Below, piece after piece: positions 1-8,442 of a DNA stretch of 40,645 bases. How positions within the stretch are numbered: the first letter of the stretch is position 1; every line of letters starts with the position of its first letter. Location: IMG/VR virus record IMGVR_UViG_3300028840_000558; one strand, written 5' to 3'. A program made the position numbers and the translations under genes. The notes beneath the pieces were generated by a model, which worked only from the letters and a program-made list of their open reading frames with translations, was not told the origin of the DNA and did not search any database. This DNA comes from a virus.

Positions 1-255
1 CCGCAGGTCGGCATACCGCAGGTCGGCACCCTGCAGGTTGGCACTCCGCAGGTCGGCATACCGCAGGTTGGCATACCGCAGGTCGGCATACCGCAGGTCG
101 GCATACCGCAGGTCGGCACCCTGCAGGTTGGCACTCCGCAGGTCGGCATCCCGCAGGTCGGCATACCGCAGGTCGGCATACCGCAGGTCGGCACCCTGCA
201 GGTTGGCACTCCGCAGGTCGGCACCCTGCAGGTTGGCATACCGCAGGTCGGCACC
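1..255. repeat. 17 tandem 15-bp units (ccgcaggtcggcata and variants), the coding repeats of pentapeptide protein B
   Basis: Counted by hand. The period is exactly 15 nt (5 codons), and units differ at only 1-4 positions. Confidence 0.95.
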
Positions 256-606
256 GCAACACCAGCCCAGCCGGATAATGCGCCAGAACACACGTTTACT
301 AACACGTTTCAAGCGGAGTTCCCTCACCCCTACTTTCTCCTTGCTTTCACCAATGATGCCTCGATACTCACAAAACCACGGCCACCAACCGACAGGTGCG
401 TATCGCGCGGATAGTTTCTTCATGACGTGCCACCTGCCCGCTCCACAATCCTTACCATCTGGTTCAGCAGGTTCGGGATGTGTGAGCCACGGACCCCACT
501 TCTCGTCAGGTCTTGGCAGGGGATCTATGGTTTCAACCCCTTCGTATTCCGTCGCCCCGTACTGGTTCAAGAACTTCCAGCCGCGACCATCTATTTTTTC
601 GGTCAT
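1..606 (-). CDS. Pentapeptide-repeat protein B: N-terminal domain plus repeats. The 3' end runs off the left edge and continues at 40358..40645 if the contig is circular.
   Basis: ATG at 606..604 follows an AAGGAGACACA RBS and overlaps the upstream stop (ATGA). Hand translation gives [22 protein letters not shown]...RLGWCCG, then [15 protein letters not shown] pentads down to position 1. It is absent from the ORF track because there is no stop inside the window. Confidence 0.8.
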   Translation of the reverse strand, partial: MTEKIDGRGWKFLNQYGATEYEGVETIDPLPRPDEKWGPWLTHPEPAEPDGKDCGAGRWHVMKKLSARYAPVGWWPWFCEYRGIIGESKEKVGVRELRLKRVSKRVFWRIIRLGWCCGADLRYANLQGADLRSANLQGADLRYADLRYADLRDADLRSANLQGADLRYADLRYADLRYANLRYADLRSANLQGADLRYADLR

Positions 607-1217
607 TGTGTCTCCTTATCTTCTGGCATCCTCGTGTATTCGTTTGTGATAATGCCGCGCAGGTCAGCACCCTCCAGGTCGGCATACCGCAGGTCGGCAT
701 CCCGCAGGTCGGCATACCGCAGGTCAGCACCCTCCAGGTTGGCATCCCGCAGGTTGGCATTCCGCAGGTCTGCATACCGCAGGTTGGCATCCCGCAGGTT
801 GGCACCCCGCAGGTTGGCACCCCGCAGGTCGGCATTCCACAGGACGGCATTCCATAGGTTGGAACCCTTACACCAACCCAACCGGATTACACGCCAAAAC
901 ACACGCTTTGGTACAAGGCGCAACCGCAATTCACGGACCCCAACCTTTTTATCGCTCTCGCCAAAGATGCCTCGATATTCGACGAACCACGGCCACCAAC
1001 CAATGGGCGCGTATTGTGCTGACAGTTTCTTCATCACATGCCAGCGACCAGAACCGCAATCCTTACCATCTGGTTCAGCAGGTTCGGGATGTGTGAGCCA
1101 CGGACCCCACTTCTCGTCAGGTCTTGGCAGGGGATATATGGTTTCAACCCCTTCGTATTCCGTCGCCCCGTACTGGTTCAAGAACTTCCAGCCGCGACCG
1201 TCTATTTTTTCGGTCAT
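603..1217 (-). CDS. Pentapeptide-repeat protein A (204 aa), a paralog of protein B
   Basis: The ORF track shows ...[61 protein letters not shown]. It shares the N-domain of gene B (about 160 nt nearly identical at 447..606 vs 1058..1217). GAGGAGAC RBS. Confidence 0.85.
   Translation of the reverse strand: MTEKIDGRGWKFLNQYGATEYEGVETIYPLPRPDEKWGPWLTHPEPAEPDGKDCGSGRWHVMKKLSAQYAPIGWWPWFVEYRGIFGESDKKVGVRELRLRLVPKRVFWRVIRLGWCKGSNLWNAVLWNADLRGANLRGANLRDANLRYADLRNANLRDANLEGADLRYADLRDADLRYADLEGADLRGIITNEYTRMPEDKETQ
655..860. repeat. About 13 tandem 15-bp units encoding the pentapeptide repeats of protein A
   Basis: Same ccgcaggt(c/t)ggcaNN unit as at 1..255, but more diverged. Confidence 0.9.
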
Positions 1218-1420
1218 TATGTCTCCTCGATTTTGTGAGTGCTGGTAATATATTTATGTTGTAAGCGGACTACAAACTCTTTATCGCAACCACCCTCTTC
1301 TATGTCGCATATCAATACAAGGGAGGTTGGTCCATATAATTTGCAGGGGAACAGGTAGCAAATAGTTTTTCTGCAATATGGACATTCTAGATTTAGTCTT
1401 ACATCATATTTGTTTATCAT
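1217..1420 (-). CDS. Small Cys-rich (zinc-ribbon-like) protein, 67 aa
   Basis: ORF with CPYC...C...C. Its stop overlaps the start of the next gene (TAATG). Confidence 0.5.
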   Translation of the reverse strand: MINKYDVRLNLECPYCRKTICYLFPCKLYGPTSLVLICDIEEGGCDKEFVVRLQHKYITSTHKIEET

Positions 1421-1449
1421 TGTGTCTTCCTCATTTATATGATTCTCCT

Positions 1450-1473
1450 GGGGGGAGGTATCAGCCTCCCCCC
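1450..1473 (-). promoter_or_regulatory. Perfect 9-bp GC-rich stem-loop between recT and the next gene
   Basis: ggggggagg-tatcag-cctcccccc. No U-tract follows on the minus-strand RNA, so it is not a canonical terminator. Confidence 0.4.
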
Positions 1474-1496
1474 ATACCCAAGGAGGAGAAGAAACG

Positions 1497-2378
1497 CTAA
1501 GGCTGATCGCCCTTCAGCGCCTTAGCCAGCGCGGTTTCTTTTTCGTCGCCTTTATCGCGCCACCCACGATAGAATTTGGCGGCGAGTACAAGTTCCTGAT
1601 CAGAAATCTTGGGCTTTTCTGATTTGATCATGTTCAGGATACTAGCCGCGTGCGCATTATTGCTTGCGGTCCCAGCATCGACCAGAGCTTGAACAACTTT
1701 CGATACGCCGTTGCCGTTAGGTTCTTTTGCTTTAGGTGGGGATTTCTTCACAGTATCGGATGGGGTTTTTGTTTCTACCACTTGGCCCTCAACGGTATCA
1801 ACGGCATCAAACCCGTTTGATGCTTGCCCCATTTCTTCTGCGGTATACAATCCGCTCAACTCTTGGGGAAATGCTTTGCGAAGCGCAAGAGACTCGGCGC
1901 ATTTTGCCAGCATAAGGTCGGGCATTCGTGACCAGAAAACAGTTATACTGCCATCCTTTTTGCACTGTACATAAGAGTCATAACGGGCAACTGCCCAAAG
2001 TGGTTCTGCAAAGCCGGTTTTGAAAACTCCGACCTTGGCGGCAGATGGAGGCTCGTTAGACAACCACACATCCAACCATTCGCCATCTTTGCCACACCAG
2101 AAGGGACCGATTTGACCAGCATATTTTTCTGTCCGATCAGCAATGAGACGAAAACCGTCTATACTGGTTTGAATTGCCATGACCTCTCGTTTCTCTTTTG
2201 AATCCCAGCGTTTGATTGCGTAGATTTGGCGCGAGAAAGGGTCAAGTCCTGTGCGCTCTGCCTGCATGATAAACAATTTCAGTTCATCGTCAGTTGAGCC
2301 TTTGGCAATAGTGCGCTTTATCAAATCAATTTGCTCGTCTGTCATGTGTGTTCGCTGTTGTATTATTTCACTTGTCAT
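1497..2378 (-). CDS. recT: RecT/Bet-family single-strand annealing recombinase
   Basis: Sequence reads ...[23 protein letters not shown]...[15 protein letters not shown]...[14 protein letters not shown], which is typical of RecT. Confidence 0.85.
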   Translation of the reverse strand: MTSEIIQQRTHMTDEQIDLIKRTIAKGSTDDELKLFIMQAERTGLDPFSRQIYAIKRWDSKEKREVMAIQTSIDGFRLIADRTEKYAGQIGPFWCGKDGEWLDVWLSNEPPSAAKVGVFKTGFAEPLWAVARYDSYVQCKKDGSITVFWSRMPDLMLAKCAESLALRKAFPQELSGLYTAEEMGQASNGFDAVDTVEGQVVETKTPSDTVKKSPPKAKEPNGNGVSKVVQALVDAGTASNNAHAASILNMIKSEKPKISDQELVLAAKFYRGWRDKGDEKETALAKALKGDQP

Positions 2379-2391
2379 CAGTCTATTCCTT

Positions 2392-2679
2392 TCAGAATCC
2401 TAGCTCAGTTAGGATCTCGTCCGAACTTCTTTTGGGTTTCTTCTTTCGTAAGTCGCGCGCCGCAAACGCCTCATCGCTGTTCAATTGGTCGATGCGCACG
2501 CGGCTTGTGTGTATGTGTTGTGTCACCTTCCCGCAGTTAGGGCACTCGGCGTAATACTCGCCGTTGCCCTGGTAGAACGGGATAAAGTGGCTGCGGCATA
2601 TTGCGCAACGCCGGTCACGGATGAACAACCCGATCTCTGCCTCTGTGAATGTGAGCGGGGCTAAAATATTGTCTGTCAT
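2392..2679 (-). CDS. Small zinc-ribbon protein, 95 aa
   Basis: CAIC...CPNC pairs. AGGAGGAGC RBS. Confidence 0.6.
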   Translation of the reverse strand: MTDNILAPLTFTEAEIGLFIRDRRCAICRSHFIPFYQGNGEYYAECPNCGKVTQHIHTSRVRIDQLNSDEAFAARDLRKKKPKRSSDEILTELGF

Positions 2680-2693
2680 GCTCCTCCTTTCTG

Positions 2694-2783
2694 CTATTTT
2701 CTATTCAAGTCACGCCATGCCATCCAGCACAGCACGAAGCCTAGGACTGCCATCACGGTATAGAATTCAAGGGGGGTCAACAT
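2694..2783 (-). CDS. Micro-ORF, 29 aa, single hydrophobic helix
   Basis: Hand translation MLTPLEFYTVMAVLGFVLCWMAWRDLNRK. The ATG overlaps the upstream TAA (TAATG). Too short for the ORF track. Confidence 0.3.
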   Translation of the reverse strand: MLTPLEFYTVMAVLGFVLCWMAWRDLNRK

Positions 2784-3046
2784 TAATAAACCTCCTCTAG
2801 CGGGAACATCTCCCGCGCCTTGGCTTCGCATGCTGGGCAGTGGTGTTCTGGTAGGAAGCAGGCGCAGTCATCAACCGGCGTGGTCCAACAGCCCCCATTT
2901 TCTAGGGCTACCAGCCAGGAGTTTATAGCGTCTCCCAGTTCAATTATGATTGTGCCCTCGCCGTAATCCACGTGACATCTGATAGGATCGGGCAATTTCA
3001 CAAACTGGCGCGTCATGTGCTCAGGATGGGATTGGTAAATAGGCAT
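2783..3046 (-). CDS. Hypothetical protein, 87 aa (start moved to the internal ATG)
   Basis: A GGAGGAG RBS sits 5 nt upstream of the ATG at 3046. The ORF-track start at 3076 has no RBS. Confidence 0.6.
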   Translation of the reverse strand: MPIYQSHPEHMTRQFVKLPDPIRCHVDYGEGTIIIELGDAINSWLVALENGGCWTTPVDDCACFLPEHHCPACEAKAREMFPLEEVY

Positions 3047-3054
3047 AGCTCCTC

Positions 3055-3144
3055 CTAGAGTACAGAACGGCGACAACCGTATAGGTATGTCGCCACGAAT
3101 AGGGTTATCAGGATGAATGCGGTAAAACTATCGATCTCGGGCAT
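3055..3144 (-). CDS. Micro-ORF, 29 aa, hydrophobic
   Basis: Hand translation MPEIDSFTAFILITLFVATYLYGCRRSVL. It begins 2 nt after the stop of the RHH gene. Confidence 0.3.
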   Translation of the reverse strand: MPEIDSFTAFILITLFVATYLYGCRRSVL

Positions 3145-3145
3145 T

Positions 3146-3325
3146 TCAAGCCGTTCCAGCGACAGGCTCTTCTTCTTTCTGGGGCAGGGTGTCGCCAAAA
3201 ACGTATTTGTATTCTCGTGTCACCAACTGGTCAATTTGCTGTACAATGTACAAGCGGTTTAGATCAGCCAGCTTTTCTAATTTCTCGTAGGTGTCCAGCC
3301 AAACTCGTACCTGTTTACTTTTCAT
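3146..3325 (-). CDS. Ribbon-helix-helix (Arc/CopG-like) DNA-binding protein, 59 aa; first gene of the early operon
   Basis: Hand translation MKSKQVRVWLDTYEKLEKLADLNRLYIVQQIDQLVTREYKYVFGDTLPQKEEEPVAGTA shows a strand-helix-helix pattern. GGAGGT RBS at 3329..3334. One codon below the ORF-track cutoff. Confidence 0.6.
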   Translation of the reverse strand: MKSKQVRVWLDTYEKLEKLADLNRLYIVQQIDQLVTREYKYVFGDTLPQKEEEPVAGTA

Positions 3326-3362
3326 TGTACCTCCAACTGGCGGAACTAATTTATTCGATATT

Positions 3363-3391
3363 ATTATATACTATTGTAGTTGAATTGTCAA
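3363..3391 (-). promoter_or_regulatory. Consensus sigma70 promoter (TTGACA, 17 nt, TATAAT)
   Basis: The minus strand reads TTGACA (3391..3386), a 17-nt spacer, then TATAAT (3368..3363). It lies about 40 nt upstream of the RHH gene. An inverted repeat GTCAAT-N5-ATTGAC (3387..3403) overlaps the -35. Confidence 0.7.
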
Positions 3392-3454
3392 TACTTAATT
3401 GACTATTTCACGGTAGGTATTTATAATTATTATGAAAGGATGTGGTGTTATGGA

Positions 3455-3491
3455 TAGTAAAATGGAAAGACCGCGCACGTTGTACGCGGTC
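3455..3491 (-). terminator. Rho-independent terminator ending the structural operon
   Basis: Minus-strand RNA GACCGCG-UACAACGUG-CGCGGUC followed by UUUCCAUUUUACUAU, about 55 nt after the fibre-gene stop. Confidence 0.7.
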
Positions 3492-3545
3492 GTTACCTGC
3501 CCGCACTGCGGGGGATTGGTGGAGTTCGGCTTGAGGGGTGGGTGA

Positions 3546-4235
3546 TTATGAGTATAGTTTGGCGATGGCGATGTGGGTAAATTCACCGTCAGAATCGATT
3601 TGTTGGGCATCTCCTGAATTTTGGTATGCGCGAACATCGATATAATCTGCTGCCGATAAATCTACAATTGCAGATCCAATAACGAACACGTTGACGGTAT
3701 TATTTGCATTAACAAAGTAGGAACCCATAATACAAACCCTGGCTCCGTTTTTATAAAGTTCCAAATCAGCGCGTTCATTTGCTAACCATCCTGCAGACTG
3801 GTAATAACAGGTCGCGATTACCAGATATTTACCGCCCTGGTCTGCGGGTACAGTGAATTTCCACGCTGCCCCAACCGTTACGGCAGTATCGGTATCGTAG
3901 TCTTTTACAGCATAATCGATAATGGTTTGACTGGAATCCGCGACTTCTTGGGTATCGTCTACATAATAACGCGCTCCTACTCCGGTCGATGGACCATTAG
4001 GAACTGTGCCCCATTTTATGCCGCACGCCTCCCCGCTGTCAGCAATGAGAACATGCCCATCGGTTCCTACCGCCAATCTTGCGGCGGTATCCGCTGCGGT
4101 TGCAACCGCCAGATCACCCTTGGTTGTGAATATGTCCGGCACCCCTGCGGCGAAATTATCTCGCACATAGGTATTATGTTCGGCTGCCGTCCATTCATCG
4201 CCTGTATTTTGCGTGGGTACTGCTGTATATGCCAT
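3546..4235 (-). CDS. Tail fibre / receptor-binding protein 2, with a C1q/TNF-like jelly-roll C-terminus (tentative)
   Basis: The N-terminus MAYTAVPTQNTGDEWTAAEHNTYVRDNFAAGVPDIFTTKGDLAVATAADTAARL is shared with the neighbouring gene. It is the last gene of the tail module. Confidence 0.65.
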   Translation of the reverse strand: MAYTAVPTQNTGDEWTAAEHNTYVRDNFAAGVPDIFTTKGDLAVATAADTAARLAVGTDGHVLIADSGEACGIKWGTVPNGPSTGVGARYYVDDTQEVADSSQTIIDYAVKDYDTDTAVTVGAAWKFTVPADQGGKYLVIATCYYQSAGWLANERADLELYKNGARVCIMGSYFVNANNTVNVFVIGSAIVDLSAADYIDVRAYQNSGDAQQIDSDGEFTHIAIAKLYS

Positions 4236-4245
4236 AATCGCCCTC

Positions 4246-4932
4246 CTAATTCAGCGGTAAGTAAGCTACAGAAAGATTGCCCCAGGTTGAATCACCTGAT
4301 AAATACCAATTTTCACCGCCCGTTTTAAAGCATTTCATACGAACATCGATAATGTCTCCCTGGATGCACTTTACAATATCCATTCCTACGACTTCCCCAT
4401 GGTATCCACCGCCGACCTTTGCCTCATCAAAATTTGCTCTGTATAATACAGAGTGCAAAACCGCATTTTTATATAAATAATATCTAAGGTTATCATTTAT
4501 TTGAATATGTCCTTCACTGTTTCCATCTGCATAATCTGTGCAAATCACCAGATACATACCTGGAGCAGGACAGGTAAATCTATCGCTTGTAAATGCCGCT
4601 GCGGTATCAAATGTTTCTGTAGATAGACAAGTGATAAGTGCAGTGCTTACCGATGATACAAGTTGATTTGCTCCATCTCCTACTGTTTTTAAATGCCCAA
4701 TTTCTCCCCAGACAAGTCCTGTAGTTGCCCCACTATCGGCATAGAGCCACTCATCATTTGAGCCAATGCCGAGCCTTGTTGCTGTATCATTGGCGGTCGC
4801 TACTGCAATGTCGCCCTTGGTTGTCATTATGTCGGGAACGCCCGCCGCAAAATTGTCACGCACGTATCTATTCATATCCCTTGCAGTCCATGGGTCGCCC
4901 GTGCTAACTGTTTTGACTGCTGTATAAGCCAT
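4246..4932 (-). CDS. Tail fibre / receptor-binding protein 1 (paralog, different C-terminal domain)
   Basis: N-terminus MAYTAVKTVSTGDPWTARDMNRYVRDNFAAGVPDIMTTKGDIAVATANDTATRL. The C-terminal half is diverged. Confidence 0.65.
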   Translation of the reverse strand: MAYTAVKTVSTGDPWTARDMNRYVRDNFAAGVPDIMTTKGDIAVATANDTATRLGIGSNDEWLYADSGATTGLVWGEIGHLKTVGDGANQLVSSVSTALITCLSTETFDTAAAFTSDRFTCPAPGMYLVICTDYADGNSEGHIQINDNLRYYLYKNAVLHSVLYRANFDEAKVGGGYHGEVVGMDIVKCIQGDIIDVRMKCFKTGGENWYLSGDSTWGNLSVAYLPLN

Positions 4933-4935
4933 GTC

Positions 4936-6435
4936 TCACCATCCTAAAATCGTGTTGGTCTCGAAGGTTGCCGGGAATATCCAGTATCCCAATACGTCCT
5001 CTGGGTCGGGCTCTAACCTCCAAGTCGTCCTGCAACCGCGGGTCGCCTGCCAGTCATGCTCGATGTAGGTGATGTAGTAATCCCCGTCAATCCCCAGTTT
5101 ATCAATATCCAGCACGACGCCATCGAATAAATCATATGCAAACTGGTAGGTAGGTCTCTCCTCGAAGCGTATCCAGGGTACTTTGCGGGGATCTGCGTAC
5201 AAATATATTGCAAATCCCGCGTGGTCTGCCGCTTCTTGTGATTCCTGGGTCCAAATCTCATTTACCGTCATGTCGCGCCTACCATAATCGTTGATGCTGA
5301 CGGTATCTGATTCGATAGCAAACGTCTTGCTCTCGTCCTGGTACAATTCCCCGCGCAGTTTCATCAAGGTCAGGTAAACGCCTCCCGCATCGTTGTTCGT
5401 GATTTCCAATTTCGCCTCGGTTGCATAATCAGTCATTGAGATGCTAATTTGCGCGGTCTTATCCGCGCCGCCGCCTCCTTCCTCCGTATTGGCGGTATAG
5501 TCCGTGGTAGCTACAGGCGTGGTCACGCTCTTAGCGGGAGCCCATTCGCCCTCGTCCTGGTACTCAGCCCAAATGGTCAAAGTACCACTTGCGCCGATAT
5601 ATGGGATGTCTGATAGTCTCCAAATCTCTATTGATCCCGACTCGCGCCTCGGGTGAGCTCCAATCCTGATGCGATTCTTTATCTCCTCCCATGGCTGCTG
5701 CAGCTCCATGTCCTTTAATAATTCAGACTGCGTGATCGTGACTTTTGGATCTAATCCATAAATGCGCGCCTCATAACTAAATGTGCCATCTGTCGCTACA
5801 AATGCGTTGCCCGCCCAAGTGTTCTCCAGTTCGTTGATCGCCTCCAGCACGGTCTTCTTCGGGTCTGACCACCAGTAGGGCATCGTGTCGCCGTTATTTT
5901 CAATCCCCGTACCACCCAATTCGCTGTTGGTCTCAAAAATCATCGGGAATATCCAGCCCGAAGTATCAGCGAAAGGCCAACCTGCAGCGACCGTTAAGTC
6001 GTTGATCGCCTCATTGACTAGGTAATCGGTCTGCACATCCCCGTGTTCGCAGTTCTGCTCCTGTAACCAGTCCAGCCCGTCAGAGCATACGATTTGCGCC
6101 TCCGATCTCCCCTGGAAGCCCCGTTGTGGTCGTACATCACGGATAAACCCGGTGAATAGGTTGTAAGTCAATGTGCCATCAGTTGCTTTTATCCGCACAA
6201 CGCGGTTTGGTAGTATGTACCCGTAAAGTTCCCCAGAGGTGTTGAACGGGTCATAGCGACCATCGTAATTATCCAGGGTGAGGTACGCCATCCCAGGGTT
6301 CACATGGGCGTAACCGTCCTTTTCCACAGTCCTGCGCTTGCCACGCTGGATGTTGAACCGGATCACCCGCCCGCCCTCATCGGTGAATGTCCCGTTATCG
6401 TCCCAGTCGATGTAAATGTAATATTGGGTCGCCAT
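4936..6435 (-). CDS. Minor tail / tail-tip (distal tail-like) protein, 499 aa
   Basis: Called on position, directly downstream of the tape measure. I did not recognise a specific motif. Confidence 0.5.
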   Translation of the reverse strand: MATQYYIYIDWDDNGTFTDEGGRVIRFNIQRGKRRTVEKDGYAHVNPGMAYLTLDNYDGRYDPFNTSGELYGYILPNRVVRIKATDGTLTYNLFTGFIRDVRPQRGFQGRSEAQIVCSDGLDWLQEQNCEHGDVQTDYLVNEAINDLTVAAGWPFADTSGWIFPMIFETNSELGGTGIENNGDTMPYWWSDPKKTVLEAINELENTWAGNAFVATDGTFSYEARIYGLDPKVTITQSELLKDMELQQPWEEIKNRIRIGAHPRRESGSIEIWRLSDIPYIGASGTLTIWAEYQDEGEWAPAKSVTTPVATTDYTANTEEGGGGADKTAQISISMTDYATEAKLEITNNDAGGVYLTLMKLRGELYQDESKTFAIESDTVSINDYGRRDMTVNEIWTQESQEAADHAGFAIYLYADPRKVPWIRFEERPTYQFAYDLFDGVVLDIDKLGIDGDYYITYIEHDWQATRGCRTTWRLEPDPEDVLGYWIFPATFETNTILGW

Positions 6436-6436
6436 G

Positions 6437-7936
6437 TTACCTTCTTAAGGCATCATTTATTATCGGTACTAACTGTCGTTCAACTTCATATTGGTCTACA
6501 AACGATACAGCCGGGGAATACGTTAAATTAACCGTTGTCTGTCCTGGCTTAATGCGTGAATGACCAGGAACCCAGGTATTCATATTGGACGAGGTTGTAG
6601 GGTTTTCTCCGCCTCCCCCTAAATTTGGTAGGGTAATGTTGAATGCACCTAATACCGCGTTGATTGCTGTTTGACCCATTTTAAACCAGAGCATTGCCCA
6701 CCAGCGACCTACCGATAATACGCCATTACCAATCGCTGTTAGAATGTCTCTTCCGACCTGCCCCCAATCAACACTTCGTATGTACTCCAGCGTATCTTCT
6801 ATACGCTTCTCCATTACCCCTTTTATCGTATCCCAGATGCTTTTCCATAATTCCTGTAGAGTGTCTCCAAATTTCTCCCAGTCGCCCTCAAATGCCGCGC
6901 TGAATAACTCGAATGTAAGTTGCAATCCCTCCCAGACGCCCTCTACGAAAGTTTTGATACCCATAAAATCACTTTCCCAGGCAGAGCGCAAACCAGCAAT
7001 CCCAGCTTTCATCGCCTCAATTTTTGGAGACAACCATTCCCAGAACTCGCGCAAGGCTGGTAATAATTCCTCCTTCACCCAGCGGTAGGCATCCTTTAGC
7101 CAGGGGATTAATTCCTCTCTCAACCATCTGGCAACGTCCCTGATCCACTGTTGGAACTCCTCAGATGATACAAACTCGGTGATTTCATCTGCAAGATCCT
7201 GTATCAATGGTAGAAACGCCCCTCCGATTTCTTTAGCAGCAGTATCTTTCAGGTTGACCAGTGTTACGCTCAGTTGTTTGAATGGGTCGCTCATCTCGGG
7301 CAGGTTTTCGGTATTGATAGCAAGCTGTTGCATCACGGCATCAAATATCGCCATTTGCTGCTCGCTCTTTGTCAATTCCTTTGCGGTCTTTCCGACCGAT
7401 TCTGCATAGGCCTCCGTTGCGGCAGTCAAATCAACCTGTACCCCCAGGTTGTCCAAAATCATCGGGCTTACACGCCCAACGCCGCGCACAAGACTATCCA
7501 TCAGGAATCCCATGTCCTCGCCGGTCGCTGCGCTAACGCGGCTGAGATAATTCATGGCATTTGGTAATTCATTGGCAAAATCATCACTCACCAGACTGGC
7601 TGCCATGTTGTAGGATTTCATCAGGTCGGTATTGCGAATCAAGCCCCCTGACTGCCTTCTAAAGGCATCCATTAATTCATCGGCAGATTTTCCAGAACTC
7701 TCAGCAATCCCCTCGAATGCTTCCTCAATAGGACCGAGTTGGGCGGCATCTTTCGCCAAAACACCCAGACCAACCGCTAAACCACCAACCGCAGCTGTGG
7801 TCGCTCCAATTCCAGCTACGACTGCAGTACCAGCAAGTTTGCCCAGTTTGCCCAATGATCCAGATAAGCCGCCAATTATACCTTTTGTTTGATCTTTGGC
7901 ACTTATAATGATTTGTAGTTCTTCTTTGGTCGCCAT
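6437..7936 (-). CDS. Tail tape measure protein (short, 499 aa)
   Basis: Gly/Ala-rich hydrophobic N-terminus, long helical W/E-rich repeats, and position after the G/GT chaperone pair. Confidence 0.75.
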   Translation of the reverse strand: MATKEELQIIISAKDQTKGIIGGLSGSLGKLGKLAGTAVVAGIGATTAAVGGLAVGLGVLAKDAAQLGPIEEAFEGIAESSGKSADELMDAFRRQSGGLIRNTDLMKSYNMAASLVSDDFANELPNAMNYLSRVSAATGEDMGFLMDSLVRGVGRVSPMILDNLGVQVDLTAATEAYAESVGKTAKELTKSEQQMAIFDAVMQQLAINTENLPEMSDPFKQLSVTLVNLKDTAAKEIGGAFLPLIQDLADEITEFVSSEEFQQWIRDVARWLREELIPWLKDAYRWVKEELLPALREFWEWLSPKIEAMKAGIAGLRSAWESDFMGIKTFVEGVWEGLQLTFELFSAAFEGDWEKFGDTLQELWKSIWDTIKGVMEKRIEDTLEYIRSVDWGQVGRDILTAIGNGVLSVGRWWAMLWFKMGQTAINAVLGAFNITLPNLGGGGENPTTSSNMNTWVPGHSRIKPGQTTVNLTYSPAVSFVDQYEVERQLVPIINDALRR

Positions 7937-8173
7937 TTATCGCATTCTCCGCGCCTTTCGCTGTTCAGCCTGTGCAACTCTACCCCGCTCCATATTAGCC
8001 AACTCGCAGTAATGCCACCATCTACCTGTAAGTTTCTCCTCCATCTCCTGGGCCTTTAATGGATCAAACTCTGCTGCCGCCAGGATACGGAACCAGAGCG
8101 GAACATAAGCCTTGTATCCTCTAAAATAGGCGCGTATTTCTGCCCTATCTTTAGAGGTTATGTTGTAGGGTTT
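7937..8173 (-). CDS. gpT-like extension reached by a -1 frameshift from the chaperone (predicted 163-aa GT fusion)
   Basis: The -1 frame is open from 8176 to the TAA at 7939..7937, with no ATG, GTG or TTG near its 5' end. It exactly fills the gap to the tape-measure ATG (7936). An XXXYYYZ heptamer A_AAC_CCT at 8173..8167 is in the correct zero-frame phase. Confidence 0.55.
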   Translation of the reverse strand, partial: KPYNITSKDRAEIRAYFRGYKAYVPLWFRILAAAEFDPLKAQEMEEKLTGRWWHYCELANMERGRVAQAEQRKARRMR

Positions 8174-8427
8174 TCTTCATCACCTCCCCCCGTGATTGCC
8201 ACCATTAATGATCTAATTTGTGCTTCCGAGGCATCCAAGAGCGCTTCTCGCGCTTCGTCCCTGTCTTCTGGCTCGGTCACATATCCGAGAAATATTTCCA
8301 CTAACCCATCAATCGCACCTGGCGATAGATTATCCTTAAATTCGGAATACAACTCAAGGATATGTCGTTGTCGCCGTAGGTATCCTGGCGCGTCTATGCC
8401 TGGAGGGTCAAATTTTAATACTGTCAT
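8158..8427 (-). CDS. Tail assembly chaperone (gpG-like), 89 aa
   Basis: Small acidic protein between the tube and the tape measure, followed by a start-less overlapping ORF. Confidence 0.65.
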   Translation of the reverse strand: MTVLKFDPPGIDAPGYLRRQRHILELYSEFKDNLSPGAIDGLVEIFLGYVTEPEDRDEAREALLDASEAQIRSLMVAITGGGDEENPTT

Positions 8428-8442
8428 GTATAGTCCTTTCCA

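Noticed and set aside
1-255. The regular short repeats at both window ends could be a CRISPR array.
   Set aside because: The period is 15 nt with no spacers. The units translate in frame into A(D/N)LxY pentads and are contiguous with a protein N-domain and C-tail, so they are coding tandem repeats.
38-1248. Plus-strand ORFs 38..649, 427..1248 and 513..857, and minus-strand ORFs 533..850 and 40267..40635 ([10 protein letters not shown] and [10 protein letters not shown]-type products).
   Set aside because: These are alternative-frame or antisense readings of the pentapeptide repeat DNA. Only the A(D/N)LxY frame connects to an RBS, an N-domain and overlap-coupled stops.
3395-3637. An 80-aa minus-strand ORF spanning the region between the fibre gene and the promoter.
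   Set aside because: It overlaps the fibre gene end, the terminator hairpin and the promoter. It has no RBS and a proline-rich, low-complexity product.
8185-8191. The GGGGGGA run in the chaperone gene as the -1 frameshift site.
   Set aside because: Slipping there enters the -1 frame upstream of two TGA codons (8177..8182), so translation would stop at once.
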